A stretch of 64,000 nt of DNA from Lingula anatina. Lineage: Eukaryota; Animalia; Brachiopoda. This document shows positions 38,601-53,700 of this stretch, one piece after another. How positions within the stretch are numbered: the first letter of the stretch is position 1; every line of letters begins with the position of its first letter. The stretch is taken from the NCBI GenBank assembly GCA_051362555.1, contig CM120641.1, forward strand, positions 6,014,001 through 6,078,000, in the 5' to 3' direction. The translations under genes and the position numbers were made by a program. Under the pieces are notes generated by a model. The model had not been told where the DNA came from, made no database searches, and was given only the letters and a program-made list of their open reading frames with translations.

Positions 38601-41600
38601 ATCATTTAACATTAAGATATGGCAAGCAAATTGCATTTTATAAACCTTTCTTTGTTCCATCCTCTTCATCTTCTGCATCCCCCTTTGTACCATTTCCAAC
38701 ATGATTTCCAACAGCATTAGGAACACCATCAACTTTGGTTGGTGCAGCAGTAGCATCAGACTGGCCTTCTTTCAGTGTGTTATTTGACATGGCTTGCAGC
38801 TGTTGCTGCTGCTGTTGTTGATGTAAAAGCTGTTGTTGGTACACCTGCTGCATGTACTGTTGGAAATGCTGTTCTTGAAGTTGAGCTATTAACTGATCTT
38901 GCTAAAATATAACAGTGGAGTAATGAGAGGACTGATGAATTTTTATGTATATATAATTTTATATATTTACAATTATAGTATTCAGTTATTACCAGACGAT
39001 TCTGCATAGAGGACATAAAATATAAACCAAATTTATAACGAGACAGCCGGATTTGCATAACAGTATCAGTTTTTTTTCTGCAAATACACTCATAGAATAG
39101 GATACCTCCTATCACAGCACTATTTCCAGGAAACATGCAGAGCATCTTACCAACTCTTTGTTCCCAGGATACTGTTGCTCTGCATACTGGCGGAACTGAA
39201 TGGCTGTCTGCTGGTTCAGTGCTGCACGAATCTGCATTCTGTTAATGATGAAGATAAAATATCATATGCGTAGAAGAAAAAATTCACAGTTAGATTTACA
39301 GTGCAGTATTTGCAGTTGTATACCACAATGTCTGTCTTTTGTAAAGAAAACACAAACCCACAGACATATGTATGTACAACAGTTATAAATCTTAGGTATA
39401 ACCAAGTGAATATATGTCAATAAAAACTGATTAAAAACAATCTAAACAACTGAACAGACTGAACAGCTGAACAATCAAAATATTTTTTTTTATTGTTTTG
39501 CTTTGGAGCAGGAAAGGACAACTAAGAAAACTGAAACAAGTATCTTCTTGTTGAACAAGATTCATAACAGAACAAATTTCATAACAGTGTGAAAACAAAT
39601 CCTGATGATCAGGACCAAAGAAGTCCACTCACTCTTGCTGATATTGTCTTTGTTTTTCCACCTCTTGTCTTTGCCTTGCTACCTCCTCTTCCTGTTTTAA
39701 CCTGTTCTTTTCTTCCTCTTCCTTCTGTAGTCTTTCATTTTCTTCTTGTCTACAATACAAAAACATCTTTCATTTTCTTCTTGTCTACAATACAAAAACA
39801 CACTCTTAATATTTCCATGACACAACAGTGGAAAATATTTCACTGCAGGTCATTTATTAGGCATTTCATTTCTCTATCAGATTCCTTAAAAATCCTTTAA
39901 AATTATCCAAGGAAGCAAAATTAATGTCTGAACAGATACTAAACCAAATGAGAAAGATCTCATTACATTCAAGGATGCCAGACATCCTAAAGAAATTAAC
40001 TTCATCAGATCTAAGACAATATAAGTTGGATACTTCCCCCCTCCCCCAACACACTCATACCTTTTCCTTTCTTTTTCCTCCTCCTCTGCCTTATGTGCCT
40101 TGATATACGGCCTCAGTGGAGGACATACGGAGTCCAGTAAAAGGACAAACTCTGTCATTGCACTCTCTTTGGGTAGGTCTCCTAATGCTTGCCATGCTTG
40201 CCTGAAATATAAATGAAAGCACTGAATAGCCATCTCTTTACTGTTTCTAAACACTAAGGTATCACCCATGTTAAACATGCAATTCAATACAATATTATGT
40301 ACAGGGGAGGGACCAGAAACTATCGGTACTAATAAAAGAGACATCTCTATTCCTACTCCATCAATATCCACCAAATCTTCAATTTTCGAACATTTTATGC
40401 AAAATGTATTCTTTTAATGCAAACAGGAGGAAAGCACCCAGAATGAGAGAAAAAATTATCGGAATTTTGTGTTAAGTAAATGATGCAAATAATAAGCACA
40501 GTGAAATTTACTTTAGGCTATGGGCAAGCTTAAAAAAAGAAAAAAAAAGATTTTCTGTCATTAATACCAACTTCTTTCTTACACAATCCAAAACAATGGA
40601 TGTTTTTTGAGCCCCTGGAGAACTAATCATGTTTGTTTTGTTGCAAAACAATACAATTTCTGTCTGTCTGATAAAACAGTCTGAAAATTGCAAATTGCTT
40701 AGAATGAAATGTTATTAATGCTGTTTATATGTTTCTTTAGTACCATGCTTTTGAAGATAAATATATTGATTCAATAATGATGATGATGGTGAAACTATTT
40801 TCTATACTGTTGTCAGCATAACTTATTATGACTTTTAATTTGAATAAACTTATTGAGTCTTAGCAATACAGGAGCTGCTTGTATGTGATGTTAAATTCCC
40901 AAGGTTAAGTTACAAGTTCAGCAAAATTATTTCAATAAACATGTACTGCTTCACAACTGATGACAAAATCAAGTTATTTGGAAATTAAATCTAACAAGTT
41001 TATTCATAGAAGACACAAAAATACACAATGTAGTATCAAACAACACATAATATTATCTTGGACAACAATGACCTAATAAGCCAATCATAGAGTATAAAGA
41101 TCATGCTGTGTGATGTATATTTCATAGTGAAGGGGACTAACATATACCTCAGCACATTACACAATAACAGGTTTGCAAATAAGACATGATACCAGGGAAT
41201 AAGTGATGGACAAAAGAGAAAATAAATGGGATTATTTAAAATTCAGCTGAACAAGGGTATATGAAATTTAAAGAATATAGATAAATCTGTCCTCACATAT
41301 ACTGAGCCCATCTTTCTAAAAAAGGAAAATGAACATTGTCCAATTCCAAAGGCACCTTATTTAATTAAAAACTAAATTAAAAAATATAGAGGATGAAAAG
41401 AAAATGAATAGAATCAAAATGAGGTGTCCATTACTCACCAAATGCAAGGGTCAATGCTGCATACAAAGAAACAAAAGGCAAAATCAACAAGAAAGACTTG
41501 TGAAAAAAAAGATAAAAAGAAAAGAAAAAGACATGAAGAGTAATGGGCCTACAGTGCATACACACATACTCTCTTGCTGCATTACACTTTCTAAGCAGGA

Positions 41601-44600
41601 TCGGCAATTTCTAGACTTATTTTCTGAAGATATTAACAAGTCATTTTCTGAGATGGGATTGGTTGGATGGTGGTGGACAGTATTATCTGATGTAGTAGAG
41701 ATGAATGGATATGATTGCTGCTTTAGCACAGAAGTAAAACCAATTACTGAAAAAAGACGAAATTACAAGTAATTTGGACGAACACTGTATGGTCTATGCA
41801 CATGCAGATTTGACCATCTCATAATGATAATTTTAGTAAGGTTACAAACACCTCTGAGAAAACAGCAAAAAACTGTATACATCAGCCACATCATGTCAAG
41901 CCAAATGCAACAGACCTCAACCCCAGAAAAAAAAAAAAAGAATTTAAGAAATTTGCTTAAAGCAAAAACGATTATTTCGAAAACTGCATTTTGAGAGATA
42001 AACCCAATGGCATATTTCTTGAGTCAGAAAGGTCCTCTCAGGACAAACCATCTTACATTCCATGCCCTGAAATGTCTGCAATGTTGTTAAACCAGTATAT
42101 AACTAAGAAGCATCAATCATATCACAAAGGGAAAACCTTCCAGCTTCATACTAATGCAATAAGCCTGAGGACATTTAGTAGACCACACAATTCCACACAG
42201 TGTTTCAAGTTCTAGAATGCATGGATTACTTTCAATGATCTGATCAGAAATTTGAGATAGAATTTATCTGAAAATGACTTTCATTTTGTGTTGACATTTT
42301 GCACATTGGCATCCCACAGAAAAATAACACTCATAGATTTTTTATTTCTGGTCTTAAAGAAAATCATTCAACCTTTCAGCTGGATGGCCTTGAAGTGTCA
42401 TTAAGAACATTGACAAATCTGCATTAGTTTGACTCGCATCATCTCACACCTGTCTGCCTTTCTTGAATTTTATATTACAATGGTTGATGTAATTAAGTAT
42501 TATTGAAGATTATTGACAATGGGCATTTTATTATTTTTTTTACAGAATTTTGACATTCTTCCTTCCATCAGAGCTTATTTTAACATGGGTAAACACATCC
42601 TTTTGTGACACATTTACTATTTTCATAATTTAAGGTTCCCAATTATAATTTTACAAGCCAACTCATTATTTGTAAAATATTCTTATGTACTAGTAAATAA
42701 AATCATGAATTTTAGATGACAACAATGTCATCTGGGATTTTTGTCATGTAAGAAAAATGCTCTGGAAAAATACTTAATTTTTTTCCAAGTTAGAGCATGA
42801 TTGTAAAATTATCTGCAAGAAGAACAGCTGCTCAATATGTCACATATCAGAACAAGATCAACCATTGTTTTGTCTTACAAAAGCTGAAACGACTTTTTCT
42901 TCAACCAATATCTTGCTCGTTGAATTCAACTAAATTAAGTAACAGATATATATGATGCTTCAAACCTGATCTGATGTAAATTTCAAGGACTGTCAAGATT
43001 CTTAGAACGGTGAAGAAGTCTATCAAATATATATATATATAATTATAGTCATATCATGACTATTAAAAAAAAAAACCTGTCATTAAGGAATGCACTATTA
43101 TGACACTACCAATTTAAAACATCAACAGAAAAAATATTTTTCGCATTATCCTTACATTTATAAACAAACATAGGGAAAACCTATAAAAAATCTCAAAGTC
43201 CTCATAATCAGTACTATATCTAGGTGTGCTAGAAGAGAGGACTTCTGTAGAGAAGATTTGAGTTGAATTAATGGCAGGCAATTTATCATTCTACTGAATG
43301 GACTTTTGGCACACTGAATAGCTCAAGTTTCCAAGAAAAAATTAAAGGTCATCAAAGTAATCCAAAAGATAACTAACTACTTCATTGATTATTTCCAGAG
43401 AAGCTGCAGGTGAACAAAGGGTTAAGTTTTTAAAAAAAGCAGAGGATCAAAAGGGGTTCTTCTGTGAGAGATGTACCACTATTTTTTTTCTGCTGAGTTT
43501 TGCAAAGGCCTCCTGATATATTTTCTGCAACTGATAACACAAACACTTTAAGTTATGTTACATTAGAATGGTTTTGTAAAATTTAAAAAATAAGGCATGA
43601 TAAAGATAACTCAAGATATTAATACCAATGACTGAACATCATCTCCCCAATAGAGGAAAAAGGCAGCTAAAATCCAGCACTTATATTTTCCCCAATATTT
43701 CAATACCATGCACAACAAACCATGCTGGTTAGTTGACCATATTATAGACAGAAGCATTTCATAATTGATGAAAATCTCGTTGACAAATATGAGGCAGGTT
43801 TCACCATCAGCAAAATCAAGAACCTTGTTCAAGGGCATACATGACACGTTTAAAGGTATGTTCTCATTACAGATATGCACTGTATGCTCCTGATATTGAT
43901 ATATATATATGCAATGTGCTAAATTAAATTACCATAAGTGTCTTAGGTTATGTAAGAAACATGCAACAATACGAACACCACAATCAAAATCTTACAAGGT
44001 AAGCAGTAGGAAGTTGAAATTCAAATCAAGTATACAAGTGCCTATGGCGTCAAAAACATTTATAATGCTTTACATTGTACTTAAGCAAAACCAAGAACAT
44101 AACAAAAATGGTCTGGTTCATTAGGCAGATCTATAAAATGTGACTTCATTTTCTTTCCTTACCTCCTGTCGTTGCCCACTACATCTAGAAAGCCAGGGTC
44201 TGGAGATAGATCTGTGCGATATTTGCCAAATGATGCCTGCTTTGTGTAAGCCACTAACTTCAGTTTATCTTGATAAGTCAGATGGATGGCTTTGGTGCCT
44301 TCTTTTTCTGAAAAAAAAAATGATGTGGTTTTAAATTCATAGCATTTGCAAAGAAAAAAAAAACCACTGAAGTGTGTTTAAACATAGCTGTGGATACACG
44401 TGTATGCTTGTGCATGTGTGCTTACAAGCATGAGGATGGTTTGATGGATGTGGTTTCATTTATATGTGTAGCTAAGGACCACTATGAAATAGTGATTTTT
44501 TATGACAGAGAGGAAACAAGTCTGACATCTTGCATTTATTACTTTAAGTTTTTGTATCAAATTAGAAACTTCTATTGAGATTATTTTAGACCACTTGTGT

Positions 44601-45383
44601 TAAGACAAAAACCAAAACCTTGCCACTTACAGGACAGTGAAGATAGCACAAAGTTTTATGTGTTAGGATGCATATTAAATTATATGTACTCTATGTAGTA
44701 ATGCATGTAAGATATAAATGCACATAACTGTAAAATGAAATACAGTTGTGGATTGGGAGCTCTCTAATCTTTTTCTTGTATGAAACTTCCTGCTTTTTTC
44801 AGCCTAGTAGATGGGAACAGTAAAGATGAGTTTGGGGTACATTTGTATGTAAACATCGCCTTCTAAATTCACAAGTAACTGGAATTATAGGAATCCACTA
44901 CCCCTTTACTATTGAGTGAGCAATGTCTTTAGCTATGCCCATGGTTGCAGTCCTTATGCCAACGTTTTTAACAAAAATTTGTTTCACTTTTGGTGTGAAG
45001 GTAAATGTCATTATAATATGACCTTGCACGGTGATATCAAAGACACTGTTGTAATTTCATATACTCTTAAGCATAGCATGATAACTACGCACCCTTAACA
45101 GCAATTCGTGGCACGAGTGATGTAACAATGTCATTTGAGATTGTTACTGACACTGGTATGATGAGATGATAATTACCTGTAGGCTGTACTGTACCTAGGT
45201 CCAGTCTAGGTGGTCACAAATAATCTATAACTTACCTTTATAAAAACGTACACATAGCCGATAGAGTTTCTCTAGAGGGAACCCCCATGTCTTGATGTAT
45301 TCTTCGTCTATATTAGCGTCACCGTTGGTATCTGATATTTTGACAGAGTCATTTAAAGCCGACTCCAACCCTGTTGAAGCCAT
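35672..45383 (-). CDS. ACBD3: Golgi resident protein GCP60 / acyl-CoA-binding domain protein 3, 9 exons, ~467 aa
   Basis: Exons 45383-45236, 44307-44163, 40201-40061, 39749-39633, 39238-39151, 38901-38646, 38372-38251, 36793-36622, 35886-35672 join in frame. ACB domain ([30 protein letters not shown]), charged and Q-rich regions, and a GOLD domain ending [24 protein letters not shown]. Confidence 0.95.
37800..38242 (+). mobile_element. Degenerate 3' fragment of a non-LTR retrotransposon (RTE-like LINE), antisense within an ACBD3 intron
   Basis: Translation [40 protein letters not shown], then (frameshifted) [18 protein letters not shown], typical of the post-RT C-terminus; ends in an agtaagta tail. 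Confidence 0.8.
39731..39800. repeat. Perfect 35-bp tandem duplication spanning an ACBD3 splice acceptor
   Basis: tctttcattttcttcttgtctacaatacaaaaaca occurs twice in tandem. Confidence 0.9.
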
Positions 45384-47775
45384 TTTTGTTTAGCCGGCCA
45401 CGTAGATTCTGCCCTGCGCATGACGGATGTGGAACTATATTATGTGCCGCTTGAGGGCAACACAAGTTCAAGAGAGGACAAACCCAAATATGTATAAATA
45501 GTAATCGATTGATGGTATGGTAACATAAAAATGATATTTCAAAAGTCAGTGCACGGCACACATTTCTGAGAATTATCATGTCTTTTCTAATATTTACCTT
45601 ATGCATTTAAGTTAACAAGCCCGGACGACCTATGTAGCAAGCAAGTAACATGTAATAACGAGTATGAACTTACATGTTAGGCAGAGCCTGTGCTGACAAA
45701 AACAAATGCTTTACTTTCCCCACCTTTAATGATTATGCATTTTCACACCATCTAAACCTCAGCTAGAATAAGACGACTCCCGTTTACGCCATAACATTTT
45801 TGCATAATCATCAAAACTAGCAAATTATTATTTAGTCGCTTCTGCAGATTATAAAAGGGTTTGCCATGAAGATTAGATCAACGATCGATGATGCATAACT
45901 TTTAAACGTAGTGTTTGCCTGTATCCACCAACATAGATAAGACATAGTATTGTTTTTATTTATTTATTCATCTTTCCTTGTATGTGTGTGTGTGTAGGTG
46001 CATTCAGTATCCATCGTTTACTTGTTTAAAACTATGAAAAGGTATAAGGGATAACTGTGGATTTCCTGGGGTAACTGATGAATCTCTTACAATGATTAAT
46101 TAATCCTTTCCAACATTTAAAGAGAATCCATGTATTTATTTATATATTTATTTTTTTTTAAAGTTTGGTGTTTTTGTAATAATTTCTCAAGAGATTATTA
46201 TGGAGGTATGGCCATTCGTAGTCCACAGGGTCCAGTGGCAAGCACAGATTCTAGAATAATTGTGGTAACTGCTTTTTTACTTGTAAAAATGAATTTATTA
46301 TGTTTCCATGACTTGTTTATAAGGTATTTATTGTGATATGAATCTCATACAAACAGCTATCACTTTAACATTTTTTCTGTGGATACTTATATATCACTGT
46401 GCTGCTATTTGTGAAAAGTTTCTAAATTGTCTGCTGAACTGATATTATATCATTTTCACATAAATCAAAACAGGATAAAAATCTGCATAAGCAAAATCAG
46501 CTTACTTTATTCAGTAAAATGAAAACAGAAATATCTTTAAAAATTTGATAAAAAGTTAATTGGTATAGAAAATATCCTTCTGCATATCACTTGTAATTTG
46601 TTCTACAAAAGCAACAATAAACATTCAATTCATTTTTCAAAAACTTCAAACTTGAAGATTACATAAATCTAAGTAATTAATTGAGCTGTGAAAAGTAAAC
46701 GGGTAAAATGCCACTATTGTTCACTATATAATTTTTCATCAAACAAATGGTCAGTTTTTCACAAAACATACATATCATATATCATTAGTAGTATTTGAAA
46801 AAAGCAATAAATTCTACAAATACAACAGTCATTTCACAGTATGCCAAATTTTTAAAAACTTAATTTATAAAACTGATATATTATAATCTTATGAGAGTTA
46901 ATCATTTATAAAAAATCTATAAAATTGATATGTAAGTTTAAAAGTTGGTATAAAAATATGATTTTGCTCTTAGATCACTTGAACCTTATATTTTACTAAA
47001 TTTATTTTGCAAAGCGCAACACATTCACTTCTTCAAACACTACCAGCATGAAGCTCAGTCTAGGTCAGTGAACTGTGAAAAGTTAAGGAACAAAATCTTC
47101 TTCACAAACGCCACAATTGTTTAAAACACCATGGTAGAGAAAAGTATTTTCATCGTTTTACAACTTTATATAACTTCATTTGAAATGACAAATTTTACTT
47201 TTTTTTTTGAAATTTTCAAAATCTTTTAAATTGATGTTTTAGAAAAAAATGTGTGATCATACATTTGCTTATATATATTTATATATAATGTGAAATATAT
47301 TGCAAACCAAACTAACAGTGAAATAGGCTTTTTGTCAGCCATTTGATCAAGGCCCTTAATTTGAGCTTGAAATGCAATACCTCAAAGGTAGAAGTGTTTA
47401 ATTTAGTCTCTATAAAAACAATTTTTTATCATCAAACTACAGTTTGTATTTTATCATGAAAGAAATAAATAGACCCTTGATAATGTATATCACCTATTTG
47501 GAATCTTGAGTAAAATTATATGTTAAAGCTGTCTGTATTATATTGTCAAATATTAGCAATACTTTACCACGGCATAATCAAGTAAAAGTGTGATTTTTTT
47601 CTTTCTTCCTAATCTTTGTCAATTCATCATATTCAATATATAAGACAGTTTGTTACAAACTTAGCAAAGGCATTTTTGTTACAATAAACTGCACTGCACT
47701 GTGATCGATACTGTATTCATTGAGACCATCTTAATCATTTGCTACATAAGAACAGCTCTTAACAATCATCCTCTA

Positions 47776-50700
47776 TTAAACTCTGTGTGTGGCAGATTGG
47801 CCAGTCCACAAAGTGTCATCAGGGGGGACCTGCAAAGCTCCAGGGCCACAGCCATCATCATCATCAGGGTCATGTGGTTCAGGGGTCACCCTTCTGTGCA
47901 AAGGGTGATCTGCACCCAGGAAAACTTTCCTTCCACTATCTGTGTCATCTTGAGATATTTCAGATCCAACCTGGTTCTTAAAGTGATGTTCCTTGTGGAT
48001 GTCTGAATGGCTGCTTCTGGGGCTATCACCATCCTCAGCAATGTACTTGTGGTGTGATTTGAGTTTGGATTCTTGTCCCTTTGTGGTCATTCCAAAGCTT
48101 GGACTCTCCATGCTCCCATCTAGTGCATGCTTTTTAACTGAAGCACAATGAATAATGTGTGTAAATTTTACTTTCTTAAAGAAAATGCAATAAATTTAAG
48201 TAAGGCATCACCATTTTGCTTATTGATATAACTTTTATTCAATAGTTTCTTTTTGATGTGGAAAAAAAAAACTTTAGTAATCTATTTACTTCTCTTTTCA
48301 AAAAGACTTAGTTGTACTGATTTTAATTAAAACTGAACCAAAAAATTTAGTTAATCATCATTTCCATCAATGTAGATACTGGTAGAAGTTATTTGGTCTA
48401 TATATGTGAAAAAAGAAAAGTAAAATATGCAGGAGTAGTATCAATCAAAACAACTACTACTTCTACATGTAGCATACCAAACAATACAGCAAACTATATC
48501 CAATCAAAGAATTCTATACATGTCCATCCCAAGTCCAACACAATATACCTTTCTTGTTTTTGTAGTACACAAAAGCCAATATTCCTCCAATAACAAGAAT
48601 AACAATGAGGATGATGACAACAATGGCCCAGGCTGGAAACTGGGAGGCAGGTTTCTTCAGGGAAAAAAGACAAGAAGTCAATTAATAACCCTTTTTAAAC
48701 CAACATTCTTAAACTATAAAGCCAATAAAAACAAAGATTCAAATATTAGCCTGGTTACAACAATAATATAAGAACAACAGACAGTTATTCATTCAACAAT
48801 TCTACATGGTTGTATGTGTAATATAAACAACATATTTTCTCTTCATTTTCAAATTTTCCAATCATTTCAAGCAAAAAGAATTTAAAATTCTCACACTAAT
48901 ATTTTCCACCTTTTATGATAACTGATAAAATGCTGACTTAAGATGTTTTCAATGCTAAACATACCACTACTGGTGGTCCATCATCATTTCCATAGTATCT
49001 GTCTCCATCCACATACATTTCATATGTTGCTTCCATACTCTGGCCATCAACAGTAATTTTCCATCCAGCCTTGATTTTCTCCCATAAACCCAATAATGTG
49101 CTGTTAACACCATCTTGTGTCCCAACTACCTCAAAAGTGCTGATTATGCTTCCTTAAAAATCAAAGTTATTTGATGTAAGAAAAAAAAAAAAAGAACCAT
49201 AAAAATATAATCAAAATCTTATATAAACACAATACCGAACAATAAACAGATGTGTTATAAATTAAATCACATTAATGGGTGGTACCTTCTGTAAAATTAA
49301 AATTCCTCAAAAACACTCCTTCATGGTATGCTGCCATGACAAAGTTGTGGATGAAACCCTCGAGGACATGCTCCTTTCCTGATGCCACGGTGCTATAGTC
49401 TCCAGACCACTTAATGGACACAGTCTTGTTGACCTCCTCCATAGGGCTAGTGTAGTTGACCGGGTAGAACACAATTCCTCTGGACACAGTGGTGAAGTCA
49501 AATTCACTCGGTGTTGACCAGGCACGGAATTTTAAGAATACTTGGAGAGGGTATTCAGCAGTGGTTGACAGGATCAGGTCATCATACACAGCTCTCTGGT
49601 CAGGTACAGAGGCATTGAAGTCAGCACTGGTTGTACCAGTCAGAGTGGCTGGGAAGCTGCTGGGCATGTACAAAGACACCTCTGATTGCCAGCTATGACC
49701 CTGTTGAAAACATATTGAAATAAAAAATTAATTTAGAAACAACTGAATGTACATGTACTTCAATTTTTTTAAAAACTTAAACATGGTTAAAATATTTTTC
49801 AAAATTTAAAGCAACATCAATTGGAATACTACATTTTATCTATTTTCTGGTTGGTCTCTCACACAACAGAAACCCTTTTCTTTAATTTTCAGCTACAGAA
49901 CAAATGAAGCAATTCATAAGAATGTGTTTTAATATTTTAAAGATACTACAGTTAAGTACTATTTTTATTCCCCTATTTGCTTACCTTCCACGCAATGTCT
50001 ACTAATGCTTCGTTGGTAACTTTATCTCTGATCTCTATGGCAACTGGTTCTAACATTTCACCACTAGTGGTGTTAGTCGGTTGCTCTGCCACGCCCACTG
50101 TGAGGGGCCTCTCTGCCACTGTGATGGCACTGGAGAAGGCAGAGTACCTGAAAAAGTTTTATTATTTCAATTAAGTTTTGTAGCATTGACAAACATTGTA
50201 AAATATTACAAAGAAAGACTTAAAACAAAGAATTTTTACAGGAAATGAAACTTTATAATTTGTGACTGCGTTGGTTTTCTGGCTTAGTTATAGTGTAAAA
50301 CATACACACTCCTTCAGAAAGAAAGCAAAGGCAGTCTGAGATGACAGAGTGATTGACAGTACCAGAAGTCATGTGACTTGACTGACTCCCAAAGTTTTGG
50401 CTGTATTATTATGACTTCTTACTTTTTGTAATCAAAAAGAAAAATTTTTTAAAATAATAATAATAAATGGAAAAATACTTTTACTTCAAAGAGCTTGTAA
50501 ACTAACCTGCTAGCCTCACTAGGATAGGTAAATGTAAAATCAAGGATATATCCACTTCCACTGTGTGATATGCCTAGGTCTGTGAAGTTTGCCCATCCCT
50601 GTTTGTATGATACAGTGACAGTCCTCACAGCACGAGCTCTAGAGTCTGTGCCACTGCCAGATCTTAATGTGGCTGTCAGCTGCCAGGGGTGGAACAGGGA

Positions 50701-53700
50701 ACCAAGCTGCTCCACAACATTGCCCTGTGGAAAACATTTGTGCTTTATGTAGTATGCCTCATAAATTAAACCAAAAATTTTCATTAAAAACCAAAATTTT
50801 CTCTTCATTTTTATAAATATATTATTATATTGGTCTCCTTACTATTTTGCTGATCTGTAAATGATTTACCATTTCCGAAATTCTCTTAATTTTCGTATAT
50901 TACACTCTAAACTTTGAAGCACTTTATTTTTTCACTTCTGTGACAGTCATAATATTCATGTACATATAAAGAATATAATTAAAAAAAAAAAAAAAAACAC
51001 ATACCCCTGTGTCATACATTCTCAGTCCTGCAGGAACTGAAAATGCTGCTCCCTCATGAAGAGCTTCTGGCTGGACAATAAGCTCCAATCTTGATGGAAT
51101 TTGTATAACATTCTGAAACTCCCTAGAGTTCTGAATCTCCTCCCACACAGAATCATTGGTTGGGGGCAGGGGTTCTTCGAGAGTTACGTTAATGACACTA
51201 ATATTCAAAACCTGAGAGATTTTTCCCAGCTGAACAGCATCATAAATCATAGCACTGGCATTGGCTAGTTTGGTGTATGGCGTCTGGCTTATAGATGCTA
51301 CATCTGTGTCACCCCTACTTGGAACATCACCTATTTCAATGTTTATCATCACATTACCAGTGGTTGCTCGTTTCTTTCTCCTGCTGTCCTCACTGACAAT
51401 GTTAGCAATACGAATTTTGTTTGGAGGAATATCCAAGAAAAAGGCAATATTTTGGACAAGGTTTTCACCGAAGAAGTCTGTAATAGGGAGTGGAACATTG
51501 TTAGCCCCAATGACAAGGAAAACCTGTGGAATAGTTGTTACATCTACAATATCAGTCCCTGCTACAATGACATACAGAAGTTTTTGTACCATATCAAAGT
51601 AGTTGGCTCCATTTCCATCAGTTGAAAGATCTGGTAAATAATGTCCAGGGTATGTTGGTCTCTGGGTCACCTCTCGGCCAAGACTGTCATAGCCACTGTT
51701 TTTAGGTTTAACATATGCACCATTACTACTGACAACTAATTTCTGAGGATTAGAGTAAAACACTGCAACACGAACAACGTCAGTTTGTTTGGTATTGATC
51801 ATAAAAAGGCGAAGGTCTTGTGGAGCTGTGCCAGTGAAATAGATGTCAAAGTGCTTTCCTGTAAAAAAAAAAAAGGACAAATTTTAACAGACATTTTTTG
51901 AAAATTAAAAATTAAGTAAAGGAGAAAAATAAACAACAACTCCATGCTGACTCATTATTGTTCATATTATGTATAAATTGCTTTCCATACTTTCTCAAAC
52001 CAACTATTTAGCACATTTCTGTAAATGTTCAGAAATATAATAAACAAAGGAACCCTAATTACCTGTTGCCACAACTGAGTAGAATGTAGACAGCCTCTCT
52101 TTACATGTGTAGCCATCACACCAATGGTAATCTTGTGGCCCGTTGATGAGATCGATATAATCCTCTCCATGTATGGCTACAGGTCCTATGCGATGAGTTA
52201 AGGTGTTGGCGTCCATGCTCTCTATGATCATAACCTCATAGTCCATGTCATGACACTTGTATGCCTGCATCATGGATCTCCAGGTACACTTGGAAGTGGT
52301 GCTGGTTCCAATAATCCCTGAAAAATTATGGTATTGAAGAAGTCTTTATAATATTTCTTTACTGACTTAAATACAAAAGACCTAAAAAAAGAATAAAATG
52401 AAGCCATCATTGAATTGACAGTATCTATGATTATAAAATGCTCTATAAGATTCATCTTTGAAAAATACTTTATAAAAGTCATCTTTGAATTACACTTTTC
52501 ATCTTTGAATTACACTTTTTATCTTTAAATTACACTTTTCAATGATTACCCACAAATTGCTTCAGAAATACTTAATATATCATTATGTCTGCAGATTGCA
52601 ATGCAACTAAAAGAAAATAATTTAATAAAACTAAGACTGCATTCTCACAGACTTTAGATCGATCTATCCCCCTGTGGAGTCTCACTAGATTGGTTTCAGC
52701 TTAACAGGCTTAAATGTCTGCCCCGCCTACTAAGGGCTGTAAGGGGGTAATTAACTGGCTGACAGCAATTTAGCGTGAACCCCCATGAATCGATCTAAAT
52801 CTCTGGGAATGCAGTCTTAGACACCATAAATTTTTAAGTTAGCCAAAAAAAAAAAAAAATCCCACCTTTGTTAGGCATCAATATATTCACATCCAGTTTA
52901 GTCCCGTTAGGTGCAGTCAGCATGGCTTTTGGAATGCGATAATCTCCTAATCCTCGTCTTCTGTCACCATCCCATTCAAAGGCAGAATCAGCAACAAGGC
53001 TTCCTTGATTCAAACCAGCTAGAAGACTTCCATCTGTGTCTTTGATGAGAAGCTTTTTCTGACCATCACAATCCATGTCAACACAGTCTGTGGGGTTAAT
53101 AGCACTACAAAGTGGAAAAGAGAAATACAAGAAAGTGCTATCAATGGGTGGGTACTAATACATTGAACCAAGTAAATTTAATTCCATTTCAGCAAATGAA
53201 ATAAATATATAATAAAACTTTTAAAAAAGGAAATCTTCAACATAAAAAATTTTAGACATTAATACTGGAATACTGCAGAACAGATTATTCAAAAAAAAAT
53301 TGATAAATGAACCATCCAATTTACCCTAAATCTGGTCTGTGGTAAAATGCAACGCTATCTTCATCTACTTGATACAGGAAGGCATTTGACACCTCAATGG
53401 GAAACTGGAAATCTTCATTATCAGGGATGTCTGTGATTGCAAAACTACGTTTTCCACATTTAGTTCCAAAGTGTGCAAAGGTGACATCTGAAGTACAAAA
53501 ATGTATTTATACATACAAGGCAGCAAAGCTGTTATATATACAGACAACAAAAAGGGGAAAAAACAGCAAAATTACAGGAAAAACTGCAGGTTTTTAGTAG
53601 AAATTGAGATTCAATAAGGTACATACTTCTGACTCTCATGATGCCTGTCAAAGCTATGAAGTCCATTGCATTCTGCCAGTCCTTCTTTGGTGCTTTGTTC

